Assembly: GCA_951406725.2 (NCBI GenBank)
Contig: OX597817.1
Coordinates: forward strand, 125,488,001-125,552,000
DNA: 64,000 nt
Reading direction: 5' to 3'
Source of the DNA: Octopus vulgaris
Lineage: Eukaryota
Made by a program: the position numbers and the translations under genes. This document shows positions 24,947-38,058 of the stretch, piece after piece (position 1 is the stretch's first letter; each line of letters begins with the position of its first letter). The notes beneath the pieces are model-generated. The model searched no databases. It saw only the letters and a program-made list of their open reading frames with translations, and was not told the origin of the DNA.

Positions 24947-25023
24947 TCCCTTTAAAACGGCGGTGCCCCAGCATGGCCACAGCTCGTGAGCTGAAACTAG
25001 ATAAAATAAAAAATAAAAAATAA
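24830..25023 (+). mobile_element. 5S rRNA head plus LINE 3' tail (SINE3-like)
   Basis: 24959-25001 matches LINE tail 19985-20027 at 41/43 nt; A-rich (TAAAAA)n end. Confidence 0.8.
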
Positions 25024-25699
25024 TGTTTGGTAGAAGATTTTAATTCAAAACTTATGAAAACAAGACATTTGTACTACAGAGCCACAGTCAGTTTCAGCCA
25101 GGTTCATAACGAAAGGGTTAAATACAGCCTAGATATGTCAAAAGACATCTTATGAAATTTCATTTTCCTCTGCATAAATCTTCAACATTCATTTCCAAAA
25201 ACTGTATTCAAACATAAGCTAAAGCATGAAACCATATGGGATACCTCAATCTGTTAGAAACAGTAGCCAAATTTTCTAATTGCACACATATCATAAATAA
25301 GTAAATGATACATTTGATATTGTAGTTCTACATACTCAAAAGACAAGAGAAAAAAGAAAACTAGTAGATATTTGATCATAAGTTGACTAGATTAGAGTCG
25401 AACTGGGGCAAAACAAGAACAGCATCCACCATCTACACAGGAAATTTAAAATTCAGATTCAAAGGCTACCATAGTAAGTGGAAAAGCAAGTAATTAATTT
25501 TTCTTTTCTATAAAAATCTACAGCAATCATTGTAAAGAACTGTCTTAGAGGCAAGCAAAGGTAGTGGGGGAAATCAAGCGAGCAAGTGAGCTTTTATATG
25601 GCTGCTCAGTTTGTGATAAATAGTAGTTAAATTTTTCTCAAATCATATTCCAGCATCTTAAAAAAGCAGTAGGACACACGATAGATGCCTTAGATGAAA

Positions 25700-25830
25700 G
25701 AAATAATAATAATAATAAAAATAATAATAATAATAATAAGAAGAAGAAGAAGAAGAAGAAGAAAACGAAGAGGAGGAGGAGGGGAGGAGGGGGAAAAGAA
25801 GAACAACAAAAATAATGGTAACAACAAAAC
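25700..25830. repeat. Compound (TAA)/(GAA)/(GGA) microsatellite
   Basis: Direct reading. Confidence 0.9.
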
Positions 25831-26349
25831 CAAAAGAGAATGATGGACAGTTGACAACTACATTGAAGTGCTACATGCATTCTGCAAGACATTCAAGGAA
25901 TAATAAAAGAAACATGAGATATGGAGGAAAAGTGATAAATATGTAAGGAAAAACAAAATACATCTGCAAATGTATGATCATATATGCTATGAGAAAGGTA
26001 AGATTTCAAAACTGCAATAGACAAACTCATACAGCAAATATCCAATAAAATAAACAAACCCCATTACATGTACTCTATAGGATGGCTACCCAACTGAAAC
26101 ACACAACTCACATTATACACACATCACGCAATACAGCTACTAGTACAACAAAAGACTCAGGCCAAACTCCATAACAACATACTGACGCAATATAATACTG
26201 GGAAAAGTTTGCATTCTCCCCCACCCCACATCACCCCACCCACCAAAAACAAACACAATGCTGCATACACCACATCATGTAGGTGTAGCAAGGAATGCCG
26301 TAGAAATCGCTTTGAAACTATCATATGTCAAATAATAGATAATGTGTGC

Positions 26350-26865
26350 GGGAGAAGACCCGGCAAGACAAGTGAGACCATAACCCGGGATGTGCCAGTC
26401 CACTTATGCATACCTTTCCTTCTGGGGACACAAAACTCAACTCGTGAAGACCTGTTGAGGCAAGTGAGAATCGAAATCGATCAACATCAATGGAAATTGC
26501 AGCTGTGATACCAGTGCCGGTGGCACATAAGAGAACCATCCGAATGTGGCTGTTGCCAGCGCCGCCCTGACTGGCCTCGTGCCAGTGGCATGTAAAAAGC
26601 ACCATCCGTTCGTAGCTGTTGCCAGCCTCGCCTTGCCTCCGTGCTGGTGGCACCATCTGATCATGGCCGTTTGCCAGCCTCGTCTGGCATGTAAAAAGCA
26701 CCCACAACACTAATGGAGTTGTTGGCGTTAGGAAGGGCATCCAGCCGTAGAAACATTGACATATCAGACTGGGCCTGGTGCAGCCTTCTGGCTTCCCAGA
26801 CCCCAGTTGAACCGTCTAACCCATACTAGCATGGAAAGCGGACGCTAAACGATGATGATGATGAT
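26350..26865 (+). mobile_element. RTE LINE 3' UTR with four hairpin units and a (GAT)n end
   Basis: Homologous to 5665-6030. Confidence 0.82.
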
Positions 26866-26879
26866 AATAATGATAATAG

Positions 26880-26919
26880 AAGTGGTGGTAATAGTAGTAG
26901 CAGTAGTAGTAGTAGTAGT

Positions 26920-27005
<86 letters not shown>

Positions 27006-27008
27006 TAG
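26880..27008. repeat. (TAG)n/(CAG)n microsatellite
   Basis: Direct reading. Confidence 0.95.
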
Positions 27009-27011
27009 AAG

Positions 27012-27560
27012 CTTGACCAGGTTGTAAAAGTTATACACTGGAACAATCATCAAGTCGAAAGAATACTGGAGTCAGAAAAATTCATGGTCTTGTAGGACTT
27101 TCCTATTCAAACGGATGAGAAATTATAAAAATAATAGACCAGACATAATGATTGTAGATAAGGGAAATGTGAAGTTGCTTACTCATCAACCCATCATGCC
27201 AGTTTGATTCCAGGATTATAAAGAAAGAGGAAGAAAAACAAAAGAATTACAATCCCCTAAAGTTTGAAATAGGAAGAATTTGGAACATGTGGACAGTAAA
27301 GGTCATTCCTATAATAACTGGTGCTTTGGGAACTATAAGCCAAAATATAGGCAAATGGCTGAAGGAAATTGAAATATAATGCCTGGTAGAGCTCCTACAT
27401 GAAGTTTATTTCTTAGGGACAGCAAAGATTATCAGGAGGGTTCTAGGCACTTGAAAGACTGCTGAAAACTTGTGGATACCTAAGGTTACAGGTAGTAAGT
27501 CACTATCCACATAATTCCTACAAGGAATAAGGCTGAATCTGAGCCAAACCAAAATAATAA
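27012..27560 (+). pseudogene. R4/Dong-type RLE LINE 3' fragment (family 2)
   Basis: DQVVKVIHW..DFPIQTD..NRPDIMIVDK..KEEEKQKNY..IPIITGALG..LGTAKIIRRVLGT*, with stops and frameshifts. Confidence 0.8.
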
Positions 27561-27571
27561 TACAAACTACA

Positions 27572-28255
27572 TAATGAGGGAAAATACAAGTAACTGCAGA
27601 ATATGTGGTGATGGACAAGGAACAATAAATCATATTGTTTGTGGCTGCCTAGTCCTGGTTAAGAAGGAATATATCCACAGATATGAGAGAGTCGGGACAT
27701 ATATACACTGAAAGCTATGCCAACACTATGGAATGACAACAGAAAAAAGATTGTATAGACACACCCTAGAAAATGTTTCAGAAAATGACAAAGCAATCAC
27801 ACTCTGGGATATATCAATACACACAGATAAAGAAATCAAGGCCAGATATAGTTGTCAGATATCACCAAGTAAAAAATACCTTCTAATTGATGTAGCAATC
27901 TCAACAGATGAGAATGCATCACTAAAAGAAACAGAGAAAACCTCAAAATACAAACATATAGAAATAGAGATAACCTGAATGTGGAGCCTGAAAACAGAAA
28001 TAATTCCTTTAAAAATTAGAGCACTGGGTTTGTTTAAAAAATGTACTGCCAAAAAAATTACCAAGACTTACAAAAATATATATAGCATACTGAAAATAGC
28101 ACTGCCAGGTACTGCACACACCCTATCTAAAGCACTTTAAATAGAGTCAAAAATAATAACACCAAAAACAAGTCACAATGCATACCCAAAGCACACAGGG
28201 CTGGACTTCGTAATTGCAGTGAAAGCATGTGATAAAAATAAGACAACTGGATAAT
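27572..28255 (+). pseudogene. R4/Dong-type RLE LINE 3' fragment (family 1, decayed homolog of 34257-35445)
   Basis: CRICGDGQGTINHIVCGC zinc knuckle, LWDISIHTD, LIDVAI, KTSKY; same 3' UTR as 35350-35445. Confidence 0.85.
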
Positions 28256-28276
28256 GATGATGATAGAAATGATGAT

Positions 28277-28503
28277 GATGAGGAGGAGGAGGATAATTGG
28301 GCCCCGCCTGCAAGGTCTTGCACTTTTTGTCTTGATATGAGATCACCATGTTGCGGACATAAGGTTGTGATGCATGTGCTTGGTGTACCCTTATCGGACA
28401 AGTAGTCATGATGGGTATACTGAGCTTCATATATTTTACCCTGGTGTCATTTTGATGGCAGTCACTGCTCTCTCACTCAATAATAATAATAATAATAATA
28501 ATC
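28277..28503 (+). mobile_element. TAA-tailed retroelement 3' end
   Basis: Homologous to 2225-2425; ends in (TAA)n. Confidence 0.65.
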
Positions 28504-28504
28504 C

Positions 28505-28622
28505 TCCCTACTAAAGACGCTAGGCCTGAAATTTGGTGAGAGGATACTAGTCGATTACATCGACCCCCAGTGTTTCACTGGTTCTTAATTTATCAACCCT
28601 GAAAGCATAAAAAGCAAAGTCA
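28505..28622 (-). mobile_element. Nin-type SINE fragment
   Basis: AGTCGATTACATCGACCCC..ACTGGT.CTTAATTTATC.ACCC.GAAAG. Confidence 0.65.
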
Positions 28623-29707
28623 ATAATTATAATAATAATAAATAAATAAATGATGAATTGGTCATGGATGGAAGGCTTTTGATCCAAGGCTCTGCTTAAT
28701 CCAGATTACCTGGAGCTAAACAACTAGTTTATAGATATGTATATTTTCCTTTAAAGAAAAATATCTTTAAAGAAAAACATCCAAGTGAGGTAAAGCAAAG
28801 AAATATTTCAATAGAGAGCAACTATTAAGTTAAAAAATAAAAATCATGTAGCAAGCATTATAGCTAGTCTTTTTTAGCAGTTCTTTTATATTGTGGAATA
28901 CCCTTCTCTTACACCAAAGGTAGATAATTTGTTTGACTGTCAAAAGCTATACACGCAAAGGATATTAACATTTACAATATTGCATATCACATTGATAGGT
29001 TCACAATAATAAAGGGTTATGTAATTTTGGAATGTAATATCATACAATTTGTTAGAAGCAAGAATGCAACTATAAATAAATAAAATGCAAAAAGAAAAGG
29101 TACACAAGAAACTTTGCATTCAGTTGCATACATATATTGAAGTATAACAAGAAAAACAACTATAAGATTAAACACTGAAACTCCATGCTACATATTAACT
29201 TCCAATTTCTTTCATGCCACCACTATTCCAATTTATGATCTAAGATAGTCCCTACAGGCTATAAGGAATGCCTTCCCAATTTAGACAATATGACTGCAAA
29301 GGAAGAAGAAAAAACAGAAGAAAGAAGAAAAGTAAAAAGAAAGAAGAAAGAAATGTGTGTAACCATTTAAGTCATAACTACATTATTAACATTGGTTGTT
29401 TAACCCCAGGTTATCTCTGACTGAGCACATCTATAAGATGTAAGTAGTCTGACAAATGGCCAGGCCTATTCCATTGATTAATTGTTTTACCTGGAGCTAG
29501 TTGAAGATTCTTACTCTGTGTGTTCTCAGACAAGCATAAGTCTTGTACAGACACTCTTATGTTCTACTTTCTTAGAATATTCCTTTATTCCTTTCACCTG
29601 TTCGTCTATTTGAGTTGTCACCTTCTCACTAATCCTCCTGGATAACCAGCTCTCTTCCCATTATATATTTCCCACAACTTCAAGTTTTCCTCCTCATTTT
29701 CTTATTT

Positions 29708-30020
29708 GGATCTTTTCACTTTGACCGGCAGATATAAAAAATAATTTTTTGTACCTAAACACTTTTAAACTCTGTATACTTGTAGAATTTGTCGCATAAA
29801 ACATCTTTTTCTCTTGGCGTTCTTGAGAAAATTCTGCAGTTTGTAAGCTATTTGTTGTTAAATTTCTCGTATTTTGGCAATTTCAACCAATCAATGACGT
29901 CTGTTGAGGTGAATACAATTACTGTTGTTGTTTGTCAATAAGAAGTTCCTGCAGTGTGACACATTCTACCAGTATACGAAAAATTATTTTTCAAATTTAC
30001 CGGTCAAAGTGAATAGATCC
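29708..30020. mobile_element. MITE, possibly Merlin-type
   Basis: TIRs GGATCT(T/A)TTCACTTTGACCGG; 8-bp flanks TCTTATTT / CCTTATTT (7/8) consistent with a TSD. Confidence 0.7.
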
Positions 30021-33000
30021 CCTTATTTTCAGGGTCAGAGTCAGGCTGTAAAGTCGTATTCAACATCACTCACATCAAATGAACTTTACAATCTTCTGAA
30101 ACTTATATTGATTTTGACCTACACAGATCATTACTAGTTTTCCTTAAATTCCATAATTTACCTTATTGCTATGGTTTTTAAAAAATATTTTGACATTCAT
30201 AATGAACTGATATATTTTTGCTGATATTTGAAGGCCCTACACTGGCCTTGTGCCAATATTTGAAAGCAATATGTGAATACTTTATACTTATGTTATAGAA
30301 TGATATTTAGTACCCAGAAAGACATGTTTATGCTGCAGTTCCAAACTTTACCTGAGCCACTTTAATTAACTTGTTATTTGTATCTTTCTCTGTATAAAGA
30401 GGATGATACATCTCATTCACAATGTTATTGCATTTTTTGATATATTGCACAAGAGAAACTGCAGATGAAGTTTCAGCAATGTGATGACTCTTCTTTGCCT
30501 TTCTCTTATTATATTGTATTGATGTACCTTAAAAAGTAGATAACCTATTGTTTTACATTTTGAGATCAAATCCTCCCAGTGTCAAACTTACCCTTTTGTT
30601 TGACATTAATAAAATAGTACTAATCATGTAATGGAGTCACTCAAATTGTATTTATCATTATATTTACAAAATTTGTACCAAGACTGCAAACTCATTCATG
30701 CAAAATTTGCCTTTCGGTGTTTAGTTACATGCCTTTATGTTCAGATGTAAAAAGCAACCAAGGTTTTAAAAATCTTTCCATAGTTGATAGAAAAAGAAGT
30801 TGAAGTTGAGAGTTGGAATCAATTTAACCAGTTATTATATCTTTTTAAATCTGTAGCCTCATGCCTATGTTAGAAATTATTATTATTTATTTAAGAAACA
30901 ATTATTATGGAATCAGTATTATCCAGAGACTCTATAGACTGTGAATATATTGAACAATGACAGCAGTTCTTTTAGCAAACTGGATAACAGAAGAGTGGTT
31001 AAAAATAATTTTTTCCTGTAATTAAATTAATTGGCGGGATATGCAATAAAAAAATATTTTTCAGAAATATTAAAATTTTCCATTTAACAATTTGTTTTAC
31101 ACATGAACTGTTTGTCTTTAGATTTTCAAGGCAAAATAGCCAACTATAATTAGAAGAGACAGCTTCTATTTTAGAAATATTGTTATTTTGGCTTTAGCTA
31201 CAGATTACTTTGACAAGCCGCAAAACAGCAAGTTAGATGGTATTTTTCTTCAGCAGAAAGCTAAAATGTCCATTTGTGTTTCACAGTCAAGTTTCCATGA
31301 ATTAATATCATTTAAACCAAATAAAGATTATGGAGCAACTGACCATTCTCCAGTTGTGAATGGATGTAATTTGTTAGAAAAACAAGAAAAAAATTTTGAT
31401 AGTCACATACTGAGGGTAGATACAAAGCGGATAGATGGCAGAATCAATGGTGTTAGACAATGTATTTCCATCTGTTGAGCTCCAGTTCACTCCTGACTGA
31501 ACAGACTTAAAATCAAAGGTGCTCTACTCTTGACCACCACGATTTTTTCTTTCTTTAGGTGTAATATAATCTTATATTAACATTACCTAATGAATTTGTC
31601 TTTTCAAAGACTGTAAAATATAATTTCAAGTGAAATTCAGCAGCTATTTTCAGCATGTTAAGCAACCATGTAGAGCAGTGGGGAAAATCTTTTTAGTATC
31701 AAGAGCAAATTGCAAGCACATAAAAACTATTGGAGTACATCTGAGCATAGAAAAAATTCTAATTCTATGTATTAACAGTTATGTAATTTATATTAAATTG
31801 CATTTTTGATTGTAAGACTTAAACCCTATTTTGATATGTAATTTCAGAGTCTCTGTCAGCAGGTGGTTTCCAGTTTGAAGGTGGGCAAGATTTTAATGTA
31901 GATGAGGGTTCCTTACACCTAACATGGAAGCTCTGTTGTTGATAACATTCTTACACTATTTAAATCACACCCTGAGTTTAAATTCAGTTGAAGCTTATTT
32001 TGCTTTCCATTCTTCTATCATTGACAAATATTACTTGAGTTACTTCAATCCTCTTTTATCCAGTTTCTTAAAAGAACTGCCATCATTGTTTAATATATTC
32101 ATGGCCTATAGAGTCCTCTGAATAAGACTAATGTCATTGTAATTCTTTCTTAGATAAACAGTAATAATTTCTAACATACTTAAGTTTGCTACATTATCTG
32201 CCTTTACTCGAAAACAAATCTGCTTTTTTACATTTTGCTTCGGTCTAGTATCAACATATAATAGCTACCTGTTACTTTTGTTTATACAACCAGTTGTAAA
32301 ACTCCTGCCAAAACAATCACAAATGTCAGGTGCTAGCATGGGACACAGTCGTTAAATGATGATAATGATGATGATGATATGGACTCTCCTATCATAAACA
32401 GCAAATAATGAAGATACTTGATGTTTTACTGAATTACATGCTTAGAGGATTTGTAAATAGTGATCAAATGATTATGTTATACGATAGCTCAGTCCCTCTT
32501 TCAAATCGACATTGACTCCTATACTGGTGCACAATGTGCCACAGATCAGATATTGAAGTGATCACCGAACTATATGAAATGAAGTGTTTTGTTTGAGCAT
32601 ACAATGTTTGGTTTGTCCTGGAATCAAAACCACAAACTTGCAATCTTGAGAGAAACAGCCTAAGCACAAGGCTATGTACTCCAACACACAAACATACACA
32701 CACACAGACACACACAGACAAACACACACACAAACACACACACACACACACATACAAACAAACACACACAACATAGAGGAATATGAGTTTGCTGATAGCT
32801 TATTTATTTGCATGACTTATATGTGCTTAATTAATAATGTAGTAGAATTACCCATTATATAAAGAAAACCTTGTTGGCAGACCACATGAAATGCTTAAAG
32901 ATTTTATAACTATCATCAGTAACCTTTCTATTTTGTTCTAGACCGTAGAATATATTACAATATCTGCAACCGTAACTACAATACTAAAGAAGTCAAAACA

Positions 33001-33285
33001 ATTTCTTTGAATAGATAGTAAATGGACGAGTGTTATTATTTCTCAAAGCAGATAGAAGATTATGTTTTTGGCTTTGCATCTATGAAAATGACAAGAGAGA
33101 CATGGTAGCTACGAGGATTCAAAAATCCAAGCAATATATTTCTACAATCTATCATTTAAGTTTGGCAGCCAGGCTGCAAACTTACATTTATCATTGTCGC
33201 CCCTCTGTTCAGTATACACACACACAGATATGCATATAATCCGAGACAAATATATATCTCCATATATATATACACACATACATAT

Positions 33286-33340
<55 letters not shown>

Positions 33341-33395
33341 TATAAGGAAAAAAGTCAAGGTGAAAAATGCTAAAATAATTTTATAAGAAACATTG

Positions 33396-33431
33396 CAGTA
33401 TCGGTTTCAGTCATTGAGACTTTTTCAACTG
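33396..33431 (-). ncRNA. Hammerhead-like motif with variant core, in a Penelope-like remnant next to (TA)n
   Basis: CAG-TTGAAAA-AGTC-TCAAT-GACT-GAAA-CCGA-TA-CTG: stems I and II pair; near-palindromic stem III. Confidence 0.5.
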
Positions 33432-33594
33432 TAAGTGTGGAAAACAATTAAATTTTAGAAAAATTAAAAGAAAAATTTTTTAAAAGAATATTTGCATTGT
33501 ATTCAGATACAAAAGGCATTTTCTTTGTTTCTGCCTGTCTCTGTCTCTCTTGTTTACTCTTGTGGGTTAGAGGTCGTTGTGAATTCTTGGCAGG

Positions 33595-33699
33595 GAAGAA
33601 GAAGAAGAAGAAGAAGAAGAAGAAGAAGAAGAAGAAGAAGAAGAAGAAGAAGAAGAAGAAGAAGAAGGAGGAGGAAGAGGAGGAGGAGGAGAAGAAGAA
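33595..33699. repeat. (GAA)n/(GGA)n microsatellite
   Basis: Direct reading. Confidence 0.95.
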
Positions 33700-34178
33700 T
33701 GCGGGAGTGCCATGAAAGTAGTAGGATGTTAAATGGTCAAGTGCCCTGAAAGTGACTTGTTGTGGATGGTAGTAGTGATTGAATTCTTGAGATATCTCTT
33801 TTGAAAGTTTTGTTTATAAAATTTGTGTAGATGTTATTCTAAACAGAAATAGTGGTAAAGTAGCAGTCCCTTAGTGTTTTGTGACATTGATTATCATGAG
33901 TGTTCCACTCCAACAACTGACCATGCTGCTTGATGCCATACCATCAGTGATGCTGTTCCCTCCTTTGAGATCTCATGCAGTGCATCTCTTGAAGACAAAC
34001 GTCGGAGGTGAAAGAATAATGCAACTGCATCATCAAACCCTGGACAACCATACCTCTGTCATCATTGCAATTGGATATGTTGATCCCATATCGGCCTTAT
34101 CAGCAACAAATGAGCATGCAGATGACGTGGACAACAGCCTTCCTAATGTTCATCAGCAAAGCATATATATAAATATAA

Positions 34179-34256
<78 letters not shown>

Positions 34257-35445
34257 AAATCTGACATAGAAAGACTATATATACAACGTATAGAAGGTGG
34301 TAGAGGCCTTATACAGCTGGAAAACTACTATAAAATAACCACCATAGGACTGCAAAAATACCTACTTCAGAAGGAAGGAAAACTGATCCAGATAGCAGCA
34401 AAACACGAGCAAAACAAAAAACTGTTCTCAGTATTTAAGGAAGCTGACAAATACAAACAAGAAATCATACCACCTAATAAACACAAAGAAGAAGAAGAAG
34501 ATGATGAAGAAACAACAAAAGCTATAAAACAAATGAAATCCAAACTAAAAATAGAACAGCAACGAGCCATGATAAAACGATGGCAAGAAAAGCCCCTTCA
34601 TGGTAAATACTGCACTAAACTAAACGCAAAAGAAATAGACGAAGAAAAATCCCAGCAATGGTTGAGAAGCTCAGGACTCAAAGCAGAAACAGAGGTATTT
34701 TTAATTGCAGCACAAGACCAAAGCCTCCCCACCAGAAATTACCAAAAACATGTAATGAAAAGAAATATTACAAGTAACTGCAGAATATGTGGAGATGGAC
34801 AAGAAACAATAAATCATATTATCTCTAGCTGCCCAGTCCTGGCTAAGAAGGAATATATTCACAGACATGACAGAGTTGGAACCTACATACATTGGAAGCT
34901 ATGCCAACATTATGGAATAACAACAGAAAAAAGATGGTATAGGCACACACCAGAAAAGGTCACAGAAAACGAGAAAGCAACCATACTCTGGGATATGCCG
35001 ATACACACAGATAGAGAAATTAAGGCCAACAGACCAGATATAGTTGTCAGAGATCATGAAGAAAAAAAATGCTTTCTAATTGATGTATCAATACCAGCAG
35101 ATGACAACGTGTCTCTAAAAGAAATGGAGAAACTCTCAAAATACAAAGACCTGGAAATAGAGGTAACTAGAATGTGGAACCTGAAAACAGAAACAATTCC
35201 TATCATAGTAGGTGCATTAGGCATGATAAAAAAATATTCAGACAAATACATAACAAAAACACCAGGACTTACAAACACATGTCACATACAGAAAATTGCA
35301 CTACTAGGCACTGCACACATCCTATGCAGAACACTTTCCATACAATAACCATCAGAGCATCACAACAAATCACAGCACATACCCAAGGCACACAGAGCTG
35401 CGCTCGGTAGTGAAGTGAAAGCACGCTATAAAAATAAAACTACTG
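34257..35445 (+). mobile_element. 5'-truncated R4/Dong-clade non-LTR retrotransposon in (TAA)n; frame open 34257-35348
   Basis: ERLYIQRIEGGRGL, KPLHGKY, AAQDQSL, CRIC..H...C knuckle, RHD, NRPD..LIDV, EKLSKY (RLE); (TAA)n on both flanks. Confidence 0.92.
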
Positions 35446-35488
35446 AATAATAATAATAATAATAATGATAGATAATATATATATGAAT

Positions 35489-35549
<61 letters not shown>

Positions 35550-35551
<2 letters not shown>

Positions 35552-35785
35552 TACAGGACTCCTCCAACTGTGTAAACGACATGAAATACATAAACAAACG
35601 AATTAAATATGCAAAAAACAAGAGATAAAAATGGAATTCAGGACAAGTAAACACAGAGAAATGACTTTTCATCAGTTGTCAGCTGTCTATCTACTCCTCA
35701 TTTCAAACATTCAATGACAATATGAGTCTTCAAAGACAGTTGCTCCCATAAATTCAACAATAAAATTTAGGATTTATCGAGGGTG
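35550..35785 (-). mobile_element. Penelope-like terminal repeat remnant with split hammerhead motifs
   Basis: Minus strand TTGAAGA..GAAATGAGGAGTA..CTGATGA..TTGTC; similar layout at 52170-52250 and 57350-57470; abuts (TA)n. Confidence 0.45.
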
Positions 35786-36109
35786 TGTGTGTGTGTAATT
35801 GAAGAGCAACAACTTCCAGGTCATCTCTAGAATCCTACTGATGTTTGCGATAGTAATCAAAGAGCAACAACTTCCGGGTCAGCTCAGGTTTTGGGATCTA
35901 ATGATACGCCATATGCTAAACCCCTTATGGACGTGAAATCTACGGTAATCCCATAATCCGGCCTTATCTAAGTTTAATATATACTGCTTTATAACTTAGA
36001 GTGGATTTATGATTACGGACGATATCTCTGTCTTTCTATATATAGGCATAAAAATATATATATGTATATGTATACATACATATATATACACATGCGCACG
36101 CACACACAC

Positions 36110-36159
<50 letters not shown>

Positions 36160-36179
36160 GTGTGTGTGTGTGTGTGTGT

Positions 36180-36985
36180 ATAACAGCCAAGGACATGCAT
36201 AATGCATAGGCTTGAAATAAATGAAGCCAGTATGCTTCGCTGGATGAGCAATGTCAGTGTGCATGTTTGACTGAGTGTAAGCATCTTGAGAGAAAAGTTA
36301 GGCATAAGAGACATCAGCTGCAGTGTGCAAGAGAAGCAACTATGCTGGTATGGTCATGTGATACAGATGGACGAGAACAGTTGTGTAAATAAATACCGAT
36401 CTCTAACTGTGGAGAGAATGTGTGGTACAGGTAGGCCCCCAAGAAAACATAGGAAGAGGTGGTGAAGCATGATCTGTGAACTTCGGGCCTCACAGTGGCA
36501 ATGACTGGCACTGAGACGTTTGGTGATATGCTGTGCTTGAGAAGCCCTGTTAATCCAAGCAAAATCGTTGTCGTGGTTGATGCTGGTGTCACGTAAATGG
36601 CACCCATGCCGGTGACAGACAAAATGCACCTTTAGAGCATTGGGCCTCATGGTGGCAAAGTGGCTGAACTCCTTTCGAGTGTTTAGCCTCACAGAGGCAA
36701 TGACTGAGAATTTTGGCATTATGTCATGCTTGAGAAGACCCATCAAACCAAGTGAAATTGCTGTTGTGGAAGATGCCAAAGTCACACAAATGGCACCCGT
36801 GATGGTGGCATGTAAAAGCAACCATTACACTCTCTGTGTGGTTGGCATGAGGAAGGGCATCCAGTCATAGAAACAATGGCAAATCCCAGTAGAGTTTGGT
36901 GCAGCCTTCCACCTTGCCAGCCCTGGTTAAACCGTCCAACCCATGCCAGCATGGACAACAGATGCTAATTGATGATGATGATGAT
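36180..36985 (+). pseudogene. Decayed RTE C-terminus plus 3' UTR
   Basis: [31 protein letters not shown]; homologous to 16440-16680; tail (GAT)n. Confidence 0.8.
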
Positions 36986-37009
36986 ATATATATGTACATA
37001 TGTATATAT

Positions 37010-37092
<83 letters not shown>

Positions 37093-37098
<6 letters not shown>

Positions 37099-37298
37099 TT
37101 TATTTTATAGAAGGAGCTTCTACAGGACTAGAACTGTTTCATTCAAAAGAAATCATCAGGAAGCTCCTGATGATTTCTTTTGAATGAAACAGTTCTAGTC
37201 CTGTAGAAGCTCCTTCTATAGAATAAAATAAATTAATTTACTCTGCTATGTATTGAGTACCTTATTGACTGTGGTTAACCCCGACTCAACCCGGGACC
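37093..37298 (+). mobile_element. Hammerhead-bearing fold-back mini-element in (TA)n
   Basis: 69-bp arms (37093-37161 / 37165-37233, one mismatch); CTGATGA..GAAA-CAG..CTG-TA-GAAGCTCC; unique tail to 37298; (TA)n on both sides. Confidence 0.75.
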
Positions 37299-37376
37299 TA
37301 TATATATATATATATATAAATAAATAAATATATATATATATGTGTGTGTGTGTGTTTGTATGTATATGTATGCATG

Positions 37377-37415
<39 letters not shown>

Positions 37416-38025
37416 TGAATCATTTCTTTTAACATCCATTCTTTATTCTTATTACTTTCTCTAACCTCATATTTACCGTTGACCACCTCTTTACATTTTC
37501 ACCATTCCCTCATTAACCCCATATCTTCTCATCTTTGGTTCTCCCTCACAGTCTTGTAAGATTTACTCACCACATTTCTTAATTTTCTCTCCTCTCATAA
37601 TGTGTAATCCCTTTCTTGCATCTTGTAATATATGGTGACACCTTGTCTTAATTTAATGTAGAAATGCATCACATTTATCGCAATAACCTTATTGCTCTTA
37701 TAGCTACCATACTATAATCTCACAGTGTATAACATAAGCCTTCTTCTTTTCTTTGATATTTCAACTCAGTTAAGAAGTCTATTTAGTCATGTAGGTTTCA
37801 AGGTGACTTCAATTTTGCAGGGGCTATGGGAAACTCTGTGAAATGGTTGACATTAGGAAGGGCATCCAGCTGTAGAAACCTTGCAGTAGGCAGTGATGAA
37901 CAATGCAGGAACAAGAAGGGCATTCAGCAATAGAAATTCTGCCCCAAGAAATTTCTTCTAACCTATGCAATTATGGCAAAGTCAATTTAAACTAATGCTG
38001 ATAATGATGACGACGACGATGATGG

Positions 38026-38058
<33 letters not shown>

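Larger units (their letters stand above)
24705..25117. mobile_element. piggyBac-type MITE hosting the 5S-derived insertion
   Basis: TTAA at 24701-24704 and 25118-25121; TIRs C(A/C)CTTTCGTTA. Confidence 0.75.
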
